DNA of 51,798 nucleotides, from NCBI GenBank assembly GCA_000320545.1, contig ADNK01001920.1, forward strand, positions 1 to 51,798. Direction: 5' to 3'. This DNA comes from Bigelowiella natans CCMP2755 (lineage: Eukaryota > Protista > Cercozoa). Each line of letters starts with the position of its first letter. Position 1 is the first letter of the stretch. Made by a program: the position numbers and the translations under genes. Under the pieces are notes generated by a model. The model worked only from the letters and a program-made list of their open reading frames with translations. It searched no databases and was not told the origin of the DNA. Below, piece after piece: positions 25,555 through 37,595 of this stretch.

Positions 25555-27428
25555 GTTCTCTTTAAATTCGCTAGCCTCAAGGGCCAGAGCATAACAGACG
25601 ACCAACAGCGAGTTCTCCACGTCGAGGGTGAGGGAGGCAGAACATCCGGGAGACGACGAAATCTGCTTGGCCGCGTTCCGAAGTGAGCTGTTCCATAAAC
25701 CCCCGGCAGTACAGAACGAACAACGGATAATCCCCGGTACTACTACTTCCTCACTAAATGACAGAATGATGACATCGAGCCGATAAAAGAACCACAAACA
25801 CCTGCGACGACCTACGACTTCTCTTTTATGGCTTCTGCGAGTTTCTCGCCCAAATGGCCAGCGAAGCTGCAGGTAAACCTTCTCGGCAGGACGTTTGGTC
25901 TAACGGAGTGCCACAAGTACCGAGAGAAACCGAGCGAGGAGAAAAAGTGGCTCCCGAATTCATCCGTTGGACGAGAGCAGCAGCACATTTGTTAACAAAA
26001 ACTTCATGCAATATCTTGCAAGCGGCAACAAATTTGAGAAGTCTTTTGTCCGTGTTGAAGTGTTGAATGCTTAAAACAAACTTATTACTCTCTTCCTAAA
26101 ATCTTACCACAACTGTGCCTCAGTGGCATGAGATTGTGTATGGCGACATCCTCATGATTTTGACGTTGGCAAGTTTTATGAGATATGCGCGACCGCTCAT
26201 TCCACTACTCGTGGGTACGCGGCTGGACACGAGGCCTCTTCTTGCTTTTTGCTGCATGCGGTTTAACGTACAGAAATCGGATTGGAAGTAAGACACGAGC
26301 TGATCATGTGAATGACTTTTTGTTCGCTATGATGCGATTTCTTCCCTGAGACTAAATCACAAACCTATTTTAGATGTAAAATCAGGTAATTTTATGAAAT
26401 TTCTAAGCAAAGCGTTGCATTTTGCGTTCTGAAGACATTTGCTAGATTTCCCGTTAAATTCACCTCGTTTCGGAAAGGAGAGACTGGTCTCCTTCTCCTG
26501 TACGCGTATCCCAAACGGCCCTGTCCAGACATATCAAACGCCAGCTGACTCGAAGGTCTATTCTTTTAGGCTATATTCTTATATTGCGTCTAAATATTTT
26601 TCGTGTCGTATTTATAAATATCCGTCTGACCGCCAATTTTTTGTCTCAACAGTCTACTGGAATGTCTCGTGGGTTTCAGCCTTCCAATATTCATCCAACT
26701 GCCGTCCAGAATAGCCGAAAGTGGGCTAAATGATGAGTTAGATTTTGCACTAAAAATAGAAATATTAATCAGTCTCGATGAAAAAAGGGAATTATTTTTG
26801 CTAATTTAATATTTTGTTCAATATTTCTTGCTATGAATATAATTTTCAAACAAGGGATTCGTCTCCTATACCCTGCCCACACCTCGCTCCCTTTTTAGGA
26901 TAAGGGTGTAGATAGACATCTTTCAGAGGGCTACTCAGGAGGTATCACTAAAACTATAGAAACTTAAAACAACGCAATATTTTCTGTTGGTTCAAACCCG
27001 GTCCTTGCCTTGTCCTTGTTTTTCACTGACAAGCAATAACGGAGTATTCTCATGCTTTCTGGAAAAGTGTATTTAATTACGGAACTAGAATCTTCGGTTG
27101 AAGTAGTGGACACTCTCCTACTGATGGGCGTTAGTCAAATAACACACCACTAAATGGAGGAGGCTTATAACATTGACATGGTTGCAAGAGTAGCCTCCTC
27201 ATGGCCGCAAGCATTTGGGCAATTTCCCCTTGCGCAAAGCGGGAACGTTCAGTGCGATGGGAAGCCGTCCCTTCTTTTTCATTTTCACTGTTTCATATAA
27301 AGTCGTACGCCATATCGTTCAGAGCCCCTCAACGAGGCTACTAATGTAGCCTCCGATTCCTTCATTTCATTCATGGTATACCCTATCGTCAGGCTTGGAA
27401 AGGACCTCGCTGAAAGCATCGTCTTAAG

Positions 27429-29777
27429 ATGGTGCTGGTATCTACCCCCAATGATTTCCGCCAATCCTATTTTCCCCTTGCCGGCGCGATGATAGGGTCA
27501 ATTCTGACGCTGCTCGGAGGTCGATTTCCGCGTTTGTGGAACTCCATAGTCGGATGTGGAGTGGGATGGGCAGGAATGATGTGGTTCGTGTCCTTCGACA
27601 CGACCTGGGATCAAGTTCCCATTGTCCTGTCGCTTCTCGGTAGCGTTGTAGGAGCATTGCTCGCACTTGTAATGGGGCCCACATGCAGTGGAATCACCAT
27701 TGGGTAAGCAATAGTCGATTGTGGCTGAGCACCTGGCTTTGCGCTCTTAGATAGATTTATAAATGTTATGGCGATTTCCACCTCCATGGTTCTTTTTTTT
27801 GTGGAAATAGCGTTTTGCAGTTGCACAGTTTGATTGTGTCCCCCGTTTCTTGCAGATACTGTGCTGCTATACTTGTGATCCTGCTGACGAACGAGCAAGT
27901 CTTCACCATCAACACCTTCGACGAAGCTGCGATATTCATCATCGTAATGTGCATGGTGAGTTGCATTTCACTTGCAGACAGAAACACGCGAACCGTGTCA
28001 TATGCGCTTGCTGGCTGCTGGCCACGTCGTTTATCACTCATTGCCTACTTGTCTCCCAGGCGGGGCTAGTATACAGTCTGTACAGACCCAAGAGCTCGCT
28101 TCTATTCGGTAGGTCCCTCTGCTGCTCAATCACCGTTTTTCTTCTACTTTCTGCTGAACGTCGCGTCGCTAGTTGGGGCGTTTATTTTATGATGAGAAGA
28201 AGAGTGATCCGAGATAGGAGATGCGAGAGAACGAGAGGGTGTTGATATGATGGTGATGTAATCGTTGGGCGCCTCTCTTGTAACCAGGGTCCACAATATC
28301 CGGGGCGTTGCTCAGTACTACCTGCATCGACGTCTACGGCAGCCAGAATTTCTACAGGATTTCGACTATGTTTACCATCTTCAAGTCCCCAGGGGTGCGT
28401 AAAGAAAGCACAATCAACATTGAGAGAATCAACCACCTCTGCCATCATTTCTCTCATCTGCTCCGCCACTCTTTCCAATCATCTTGAAGTCATATAAGTA
28501 GCTAACCGCGCAGTTTCCCTCCCCCTTTTTCCTATCCGCCTCTTTTAGGTCCGGCTTCCACGCACATGCGACATGAGCTGCTTCTACATGATGATTTTCT
28601 GGGGGCTGCTCAGCATCCTCGGAGTCGCCGTCCAATCGTTGTCGCTGTACCTGGTAGCATCATGAATCGTCAATCCCTGCTCCTGCATCTATCTCTCTCA
28701 TCGTGGCGCGGCGTGGCGTGATGTCCTTGCGCGGTTCCGCATCCATTTAGCCTTTGCCCCGCACTATTTTTAACTGAGCCCGCTTTTGCTGCTTTGTTGC
28801 AAGGCTCCGGTGGAGGAGGATGAATATGAGAGCATACCCGAAGCTCAAGGTGGTGTGTGGTTATCCCCCCAATCGAAAAACTAATGACGACTATGTCTTT
28901 CTTTCGCACTGTATAGACCCCTCACTGAAACGCTATTGCACTGCATTGAATAGTCCCCAATACCACAGAATGCATCTCTCCACCCCTTCTCGTCCTTGAT
29001 AATAAAAACAATAATTCTCCAGATGAAGATGATATATCATTGTTATTCCCAGGTGCAGTGTGGGCTCCTATGGGCAATAGATCCAACCAGTCAAATCTCA
29101 CCCGCGAGGAGCAATCCTTTGCCAACTTCAACTCCTTCGGGGCCTCCTCCTCATCCGGAGAACTTGGCAAGGGAGAAGCAACCCACAACTACCTATCTCA
29201 AGACGACATGCCCGCCACCATGCGCTCGCTCTCGACCAAACTCAGCGCGCAGTTCAATAAGCTGCAGAAGCAATTCGGGTGGGCACGGAGCGGATAGGGG
29301 GAGATGGGGGGGGGGGGGAGAGAGAGAGAGAGAGAAAAGTTTGTTGCTTAGGCTTGAGGGGGGGGGGGGTTGGATGTAGATGTTTCTGAGTGAGTAGGGT
29401 TTTAATGTATTTCCTTTTTTTTGCCTACATTTGCCGCAAATTCGTCGTCAAGCAACTGATTCGTCTCTCCCTCCCACCACCCCTGCCCCACCCCCTTTTA
29501 TCCTACAGGTTTCAGCTGAGCAACAAGCGCAACCAGCATGAGCATTTGGTAATGCTTATCTCAAACGCCATGTCCCGCATTCAGCTTGAGGCGGACCTCG
29601 ATCCGAGCCAAGAGTAAGTTTTCCACCACATCAAGCAGTTTTCTCCCCTACATATCACAGTTCCGCGACAACTTTCGCTCACAAATCCGCGCCGTTGAAT
29701 GCCCGTGCTTTTTAAGATGAAGTCGACCCTGACCTCTCTCCCCGCCCCCTAAAAATACCATTCGTCTGCACGCCCCA

Positions 29778-29812
<35 letters not shown>

Positions 29813-32800
29813 CTCATAACTGCCATTCGTCGTTAGGCTGACCATGGAAGAGATCGAGACGCTCGCCATGAAGCGAGTCCACGACAAGTTGTACGAAAAC
29901 TACCTCAAGTGGTGCCTCCACCTCGAGCGCACGGAGGTCTACACGCGCAGCCAGGGGTCCCCGGAGGGCCGCGTCCTCATGGAGAACATGGCGCTCATCA
30001 TGATGATCTGGGGGGAGGCCGCCACGATGCGGCACGTCCCCGAGTCGCTGTGCTACATCACGCACAACATGCTCAGGGAGCTCCGCACCAAGCGCGTGAG
30101 CTACAACCGGGAGCCCGGCAGCTTCCTCGCCTACGTGATCCGCCCGATGTACAACGTGCTGCGCTCCGACAACCGGGACATCTACACGAAGCGGCGGAAC
30201 TACGACGATATCAACGAGTTCTTCTGGACGCAGCAGTGCTTCGACTACTCGTACTGCGAGGCGGAGTACGCGCCCGGCACCAACGACGGCGACTCGAAGG
30301 AGGCCGAGCGGTCCATCGCGGTCGGCCTCTCCAACGCCGAGAAGACGTACATCGAGACGCGGTCCTGGTGGCACCTCGTCACCACCTTCTACCCGCTGAT
30401 CCTGTTCTACGTCGTCAGCTTCCACTTCCTCGTGTGCCTAGCCTGGGTGCTGCACCGCGACGCCAAGGGCCTGCACAACCACACCCTGAGCAACGTCACG
30501 ATGGTGTCCTTCGTGGTCACGATGTCGATCGCGCTGCTGGTGAGGGAGTTCCTGGAGCTCTACATCCGGAAGGGGAAGGACCTCCCCAACTACTCGCGCT
30601 CGGGGTCAATCTTCCGCATCTGCGTCAAGCTCACGTTCGCTCTCGCCATCAGCTTCTACTACTACCGGATGCTGTTCTGCACCGGGGACCAATGCAGCGA
30701 CGCGTGGCTTAAATACAGCGTGATCTCCTGCGCCTTCCTCCTCCCCCTCGCCGGGCAGATTCTGACCCTGATGTTCCCGATCGCGGCGCGCTGGGGAAAT
30801 CAGCTCCTCACCTCGCGCTCCTGCCTCTGGATCACGAAGCTGTGGTGGCCCAACATGGAGCAGTACATCGGCAGGGACACCAGTGAGAGCGACGGAGACT
30901 ACTTCCAGTACCAGCTATTCTGGGTGCTGCTGCTGGCGTGGAAGATGCTCATCAGCTACAACTTCCAGGTTGTGCCGTGCATCAACCCCACCCTCTGGAT
31001 ATGGGGGCAGGTCCACTTCTTCTCCCTGCCCACCCGAATCGCCTGCATCGTCGTGACATGGGTGCCGTTTTTCATCGTGTACATGTTCGATATGTACATC
31101 TGGTACGCCGTGTGGCAAGGGCTGGCGGGGCTCGTCGTGGGCATGCGCAACCGCGTTGGCCAAATCCACCAGTTCTCGCTCGTCCCGGCGCTCTTCTCCG
31201 ACTTCCCCGCCGAGATGGGGGAAAAGCTGTTCCAGACGCGCAAGCCTGAGCCGCTCATGCAGCCGAACCTGAGCATCGCTGACAAGGGAGGCAAGCCCAA
31301 CGATTTCGCCGACGGGCTGCAGCTCGAATCGACGACCCTCACCTCGTACGGGTCCATCGAGGACGACGAGATCGTGAGCAAGATGCACCAAAACCGGGAG
31401 CGCTTTCGCGTGATCTGGAACGAGATGATCTACGACCTGCGCGCCACGGACCTGATGTCCAACTCCGAGCAGTTCGTCTTCGAGTTCCGGCAGATTGAGT
31501 TCGGTAAGCTAAGCACCTTCCAGACCCCGCTCTTCGTGTCCACCAGCTCCATCAACGCCTCCCTCCAGTTCGTCGCCGCCACGGCCGCGGCGTTCAAAAA
31601 CTCCATCGTCGGCCGGGAGGAGGAGCAGCACCTGGACAGCAAGTCCGCGGCCGTCATCGCGTCCTTCATCGAGTACTTCTCGCAAACCACACGCCGCGAG
31701 TCGGTGTCCGACCTCTGGAACCTCGCCATCACGCTCGTCCGCGCGCTCACCCCCTCCAAGGCCCACGAGGCGCTCGGCGTGTTCCAAAACATCATCGAGG
31801 GCATGGCCTACCCGCGCCGCGACAACCCGTACACCGTCCTGTTCCGCAACATCCACTTGCAGAAGGTGGCGGGGCTGAAGCCGAAGCTGCTGATGCTCGT
31901 CCGAGGCGCTCGCCTCGCCCGTGCTGCCTGGAAGAAATACCGCAAGAATAAGAGGACCCCCAGCAGCAACCACTCCGCCGCCTCCCGCTCATACAGCAGC
32001 AATTCTCCTTCAAAGGGGGGCAAGTACCTGAGCGTTTCGTCCTCATCTACGTCGGGTTCGGATATCCACAAGTCTCCCTCTCTTGGCACCCTCAAGCTCA
32101 AGGAGAAGCTGGACCAGGACCAGAACTTCTACCCCTCCACGCGCAGGAAGAAGTACCACCCGGACGTCGAGAAGCACATGGCCCTCCTCAAGGACCAGCT
32201 GCGAGCGCTCCTGAAGAGCATCGTCGGCCTCCTGTGCCAAAAGCAGGAGCCCGCGCGACAGCTGGACACTCACCTCGAGGAGGTGGTGGGCTTCGTGGAC
32301 GAGCGGTTCGGGTCCTCCGACGAGCACATGCGCCAACTCGACGACTTCCTGCTGTCACCGATGTGCGACGTGATCCTCAACTCCCTCTACACCTTCCTGA
32401 CCGTCTCCAACGAGTTCGTGCCGCAGAACACCTCGGCGCGCCGGCGCATCCTGTTCTTCTGCAACTCGCTCTTCATGGACATCCCGGGCGCCCCGCCGAT
32501 CGAGCAGATGCACAGCCTGAGCACCCTCACGCCCTTCTACTCGGAGGACGTGCTGTACTCGAAGGCCTACCTGCAGAACAAGACCGCGCAGGGGTTCTCC
32601 GTGCTGCTCTACCTGCAAACGGTGTACCCCTCCGAGTGGCAGAACTTCTGCGAGAGGATGGGGATCAAGACCGGGGACGCCTCCATCCTGGAGTGGGGCT
32701 CCCAGGAGCTCCAGATGGAGGTGCGCCTCTGGGCGACGAGGAGGGGCCAGACGCTCTTCCGCACAGTCGAGGGGATGATGATGTACGAGAAGGCGGTGCG

Positions 32801-35188
32801 CGTGCTGGCGGAGCTAGAGACTCTTCCAGGAATCGCCACCGACATCAAGAACACGATGGAGGGCAAGGGGCTCAGCAGCAACCAAGCTAACTCTCCCAAC
32901 TCCGACGAGAAAACAACATCCTCAGCTCACCGGACGCCCTCCTCGGATGTGCTAGCATGCCTCAAGTACCAGTATGTGGTCTCCTGCCAGGTCTATGGCC
33001 GCCAGAAGGAGGAGAACGACCCCAAGGCGAAGGACATCGAGTTCCTACTGCACAAGTTCCCAAATCTCCGCGTCGCGTACATCGACAACAAGAAGGAGGA
33101 GGGGAAGGGCGGCGAGCTCAAGAGCAAGTACTACTCCTGCCTGATCAAAGCGGCGCCGAGGAAGGACGCGGCCACCGACGACCTCAGCTCGCCGATGATG
33201 AGCGAAGAGAAACCAACGTCAACCCGCAGCTCCTCTACCATTGCCCGCAAGAACGCCGAGGCTGACGACGAATGGAACGATGATGGCGACGACGGGCAGG
33301 GCAGCGGCGGCATCGAGACCGTGTACCGCGTTGAGCTCCCCGGCAACCCCATCATCGGGGAGGGTAAGCCCGAGAACCAAAACCACGCCATAATCTTCAC
33401 GCGCGGCGAGTTCGTCCAGGCGATCGACATGAACCAGGAGGGCTACTTCGAGGAGGCGGTCAAGATGCGGAACCTGATGGAGGAGTTTGACAAGCGGGAC
33501 AGCCGCAAGCCGACCACGATCGTCGGGTTCCGGGAGCACATCTTCACCGGCGGCCTGAGCTCCATCGCCAACTACATGGCCATGCAGGAGGGCTGCTTCG
33601 TCTCCCTCGGGCAGCGCGTGCTCCACGATCCGCTCAAGATCCGGCTGCACTACGGCCACCCCGACCTCTTTGACAAGCTCTTCTACATGACGAGGGGCGG
33701 GGTTTCGAAGGCGTCCAAGGGGATCAACCTCTCCGAGGACATCTTCGCCGGGTTTAACACGGTGCTGCGCGGCGGGCACGTCTCCTTTAAGGAGTACATC
33801 CAGTGCGGCAAGGGCCGTGACGTCGGCCTCCAGCAGCTCTACAAGTTTGAGGGGAAGCTCAGCTGCGGGAACGCGATGCAGAGCCTCACGAGGGACATGT
33901 ACCGCATATGCCGCTCCGTGGACTTCCTCAAGCTGATGTCGTTCTTCTACGGCGGCATCGGCTTCTACATCTCGACCCTGCTCGCGGTGTGGGGGCTGTA
34001 CGCCTTCTGCTACCAGCGCGTCCTCATCGCTGCCCTCAACCTGTCGCTCCCCAAGTCGTTCATCGGCATCTACACCGTCGGCTACTGGATCGGAACGATG
34101 GGGATACTGCTCACGCTGCCGATCATCTGCTCGATCGGGCTGGAGCGCGGCAGCTGGAAGGCGATCTGCAAGGTGCTGTACATGCTCATCTCCGGGGGCC
34201 CGCTGTTCTTCATGTTCCACATGGGGACCAAGGCGCACTACTTCGCCCGCACCATTCTGTCGGGGGGGGCCAAGTACCGGCCCACCGGGCGCGGCTTCGT
34301 CGCGGACCATACCAAGTTCGCCGAGCTGTTCCGGTTCTACTCGCACTCGCACTTCCAAGGCGCCGTGGAGATGGTGCTGCTGCTGATTCTGTACGGGATC
34401 TTCGATCGGCGCGTCAAGCACTACTGGGCGGTGACCTGGTGCGCGTGGGTGATCGTGCTCTCCTGGCTCTCGGCGCCCATATGGCTGAACCCGATGACCT
34501 TCGACTGGGAGCAGGTGGTGAGCGACACCAAGGACTTCATGAAGTGGATGGGAAGGCCCGAGGGCGGGAGCGACCGCTGCTGGAGGACGTGGTGGGTGGA
34601 GGAGAACAACTTCGTGGACCCCCTGCCCTTCTCCAGCAAGATGCTCTGCGCGATCCTCTCGCTGCGGCACTCGGTGAGCGCGCTCTGCATCTTTTGGTAC
34701 TCGGGCGTCGGCTTGATGAGCCCCACGGTGTGGGGTTGTGCCGGCTTCATGGTGATGATCGTCGGCTACTACTCTCTCGCCAATAGGCCCGTCGCCGCCT
34801 CGCAGCTGTGCTTCGTGAGAGGTCTCAAATCCCTCTATGTCACGGTGACGTTCGCGCTGTTCGTGATTCTGCTCGTGATCTCGCCCCCAACCAAGCACAC
34901 GATTAAGAAGACCCTGCTCGTCTTCATCGCCATCGTATACCTTCTGTGCACATTCTCCTCGTTCAGCCTGTCCTTTGGATATCGGTAGAGTCCATTCACT
35001 AGAAGAGTAGTAGCAGTAGTAGTTGTTGTTGTTGTTGTTGTTCTGGTGGTGGTGGTGGTGGTATTGGGGGGGGTGGGAGCGTTACAGCCGAGGTATTTAT
35101 TTAATAAAGGACGAAACGAATTTGATGATAATGTTTATGGTTTCTATGTTATCTGAAGCCTATTCCCCTCATTCGCTCTCCCCCCCCC

Positions 35189-35226
<38 letters not shown>

Positions 35227-36056
35227 GTCTCTCTCTCAGATTCGGCGCAGTGCAAGCGCTTTCTCGGCTGTACGATTACATCATCGGGTTGACGCTGCTG
35301 GGGTTCGTCGCTTTTGGTTCGTTGCTGGTCGTGCCTTCTTGGATCCAGACTCGACTCCTCTTCCACAATGCTTTCTCCAAGGTGACATGCCGTGTGGGTG
35401 GGTGGGTGCTGCGTTCTTTCGCATGCTTGTCTTTCGCATGCTTGTCTTCTCCCTCCATTTCCCCCTCCTCTGTATCATTCCTCTCTCTTTTTAGTGTATA
35501 CTCGCAGTGGTAGCAGCAGTCGTAACTGTTACTATATCCAATTCAGGGTGTGTTGATCGATGACCTCTTGAGGGGGGGAGGCAACCAAAAACAGCAGCAA
35601 CAGCAGCAGTCCGTCGAGGTCAAGACGTCCTCGCTCCAACAGGAGCAGCAAATGATGATGGCCTTAACGAAGCAGCGAGGCCCATCGCCAGCCGGGAGAC
35701 ACAGCTATCAGAAGGCCGTCAGCTCGCGCAAAAGTAGCAGCGCAAGTATAAAGACGAAGAAAGGCCCAGGTAACTGCGCCGACACCATTTCGCCCGAACC
35801 GCCTCTCCCTTCCTCCTCTGATGTTTGGCCGTGCATCCTACGCTCATCGTGCGCTGTGCCGCCCATGCTCATCATCAATCGTACGTGCATTCTCCCTAAT
35901 CCTCCCTTTCTTTCTCGATCGATACGATAGGTGGGGGACCCGCAAATATGCCGGTTGACACCTCTTTCATCTCCAAGGCTTCGTGAGTCCGCCTACACGC
36001 GGTCGGGCCAGGAGGTGCGAAGAATTAGCCATGCCATCAGCAGTATGAAGGAGTAA
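27429..36056 (+). CDS. 1,3-beta-glucan synthase (GT48, FKS/callose synthase family) with an N-terminal DUF4203/TMEM198-like membrane module; the 5' end may extend upstream
   Basis: FG|FQLSNKRNQHEHLVMLISN, IWGEAATMRHVPE, RRNYDDINEFFW, ARRRILFFCNSL, LTPFYSEDV, GEGKPENQNHAIIFTRGEFVQAIDMNQEGY, GFREHIFTG, RLHYGHPD, NLSEDIFAG, GKGRDVG, QTRLLFHNAFS. Main exon 29837..34984, three further exons ending at TAA 36054-36056, and eight phase-compatible upstream exons from 27429. Confidence 0.95.
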
Positions 36057-36539
36057 CTTCATGTGCGGATTGATGGATGGTGAACCGCCCTTACATACGT
36101 ATAGAAATAATAGTTATAGTTGTAGTAGTAGTAAAAATAAATGTTATTATGAGATCATTATTAAGTCTCGAGGAGCGTTCGCTTCTGAAACAAACACGCC
36201 AAAGCAATATCATATATAAACACTGTATAAGCCAACCACCAATCGATAGCAATTAAGATTAGTCCTTATTATAAGAAAGAAGCTCGTCCGTGCAATTAGA
36301 GAGAGATAAGTCTTCAATGTATTTTTTTTTCCCGGTCGTGACTCCGAATCATAGAGACGATTTATGAGCAGCTGTTGCTGCTATCCATTAACAATTCAGT
36401 ATACAATATACAAATATGTGACGGTCAGCCCGTTGGTATGTCTGTGAAAGTTGCACCAACTGCTATTTAGATGTATCAAGTTCTGTCTAACACCAGCGAC
36501 AGCATGGCAATTTACTGAAATAATCCATATCGCATAAAT

Positions 36540-37230
36540 TGCTCTGTGCATCGGCGCTGCAGTCCCTCATTGCATGCATGTTGACTGAACTAAGCTAGTA
36601 AGACGGCGCACTCCAGACTGCACTTATGTGGTGCGCTCATTCTGCAAATGAAATTGGAGAGATTTAGAGATTTCGCTTGTGAGCACTACACCTTGACACG
36701 GCTAAACGGATCCCAAATTCGAGCTCACAAGCTAGCTAGCTAGCTAACAACCAGGCTAGCAGGGCCGCCAGTCCAGCTAGCCAGTAGCAGTGCTAGCTAG
36801 CTACCCAGACTTCATGACTGACAACTCTGAAACTACCGTCTAGCCGTGCTAGGGTGGCAGTTTCTGAGGCCTCGCATGCGGGTGCGCTGCGACGCACACG
36901 TCTAGCTAGACGTGGATGTGCCGATGCCACTTGCCAGCTTGCCTGGCTGCGCTTCTGGCTGGCGGCTGGATTATCGCTGTCTAGCTCTGAGCTGTGTGTG
37001 CTAGCAAGGTTGGACATGCCGGCATGCGCATCGCTGTGGAATAGTGGAGCAGGTTTGGGCTGTGCACACACACCTGGTCAAAACTGCATAACTGGCCACA
37101 CTGCTAGACTGGCATTCAACATTTTTGAGCCTTTTGGTTCAGCTGCAAGCCACAAAAATGAGAGTTGGACCTTGAAATCAGGCTACCAGGCGCATTGAGT
37201 CCAGCATGCTGAACTGCATGCACGCACACA
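36540..37230. repeat. Degenerate CTAG/TGCA-rich putative repeat hosting the LTR insertion (continues at 43941 to about 44900)
   Basis: Non-coding, no intron-type microsatellites, dense in GCTAGC, TGCA and CATG. Similar texture at about 12250-13000 and 47800-48070. No termini identified. Confidence 0.35.
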
Positions 37231-37556
37231 TGTAGCGCGTACCACTACGCGGGCACAAGTCACGTGCGACAACAAAGGGGTTGTCGCGGATATAGAATAT
37301 AGATAACGTAGATATTAATACAGCATGGGCACGTGGGTTCCGGCGGGACTCATGGCAGCACACCGGAAGTGTGCTGCCCCACGTGCGGCGGCATTCGCGA
37401 AAGCTTCGCGAATGATTACGCAGTGCACGATTTAATAAAAATATAATCTTTAATAAAAATAAACACAACTCTTCAAAAGGAAGCAAACGTGCCTTCCCCC
37501 CCCCCTGCCTACTTGTGCACGTAGCGCCTCGGCCTGTGAACACCTTACGCGCAACA
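37231..37556 (+). repeat. 5' LTR
   Basis: TGTAGCGCGTA...TACGCGCAACA; identical by eye to 43615..43940. Confidence 0.95.
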
Positions 37557-37561
37557 ACCTT

Positions 37562-37579
37562 TGGCTTCCACACACGGGA
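37562..37579 (+). other. Primer binding site (tRNA identity not resolved)
   Basis: TGGCTTCCACACACGGGA starts 5 nt after the 5' LTR. The leading TGG is complementary to a tRNA CCA end. Confidence 0.6.
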
Positions 37580-37595
37580 AACGATTTGACTAACA

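Larger units (their letters stand above)
272..35240. repeat. Abundant intronic microsatellites: (TA)n, (CA/TG)n, (GA/TC)n, (CCT)n, (CTA)n, (CAG)n, (GAT)n and C/G runs
   Basis: Directly visible in many introns (for example 272-302, 670-730, 1264-1318, 14738-14812, 23052-23112). They generate most of the YIYI/HTHT/CVCV/RERE pseudo-ORFs. Confidence 0.95.

Noticed and set aside
25600-27400. Additional exons or a separate gene upstream of the glucan synthase
   Set aside because: Several GT/AG-bounded open segments exist, but I could not join them into a supported model.
33219-34898. 559-aa antisense ORF and other long overlapping ORFs inside the glucan synthase exon
   Set aside because: Shadow ORFs expected from strong C/G third-position bias; no recognisable motifs.
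37178-37573. Minus-strand ORF repeated at 43568..43945
   Set aside because: It is simply the LTR sequence read twice; non-ATG start and no protein features.
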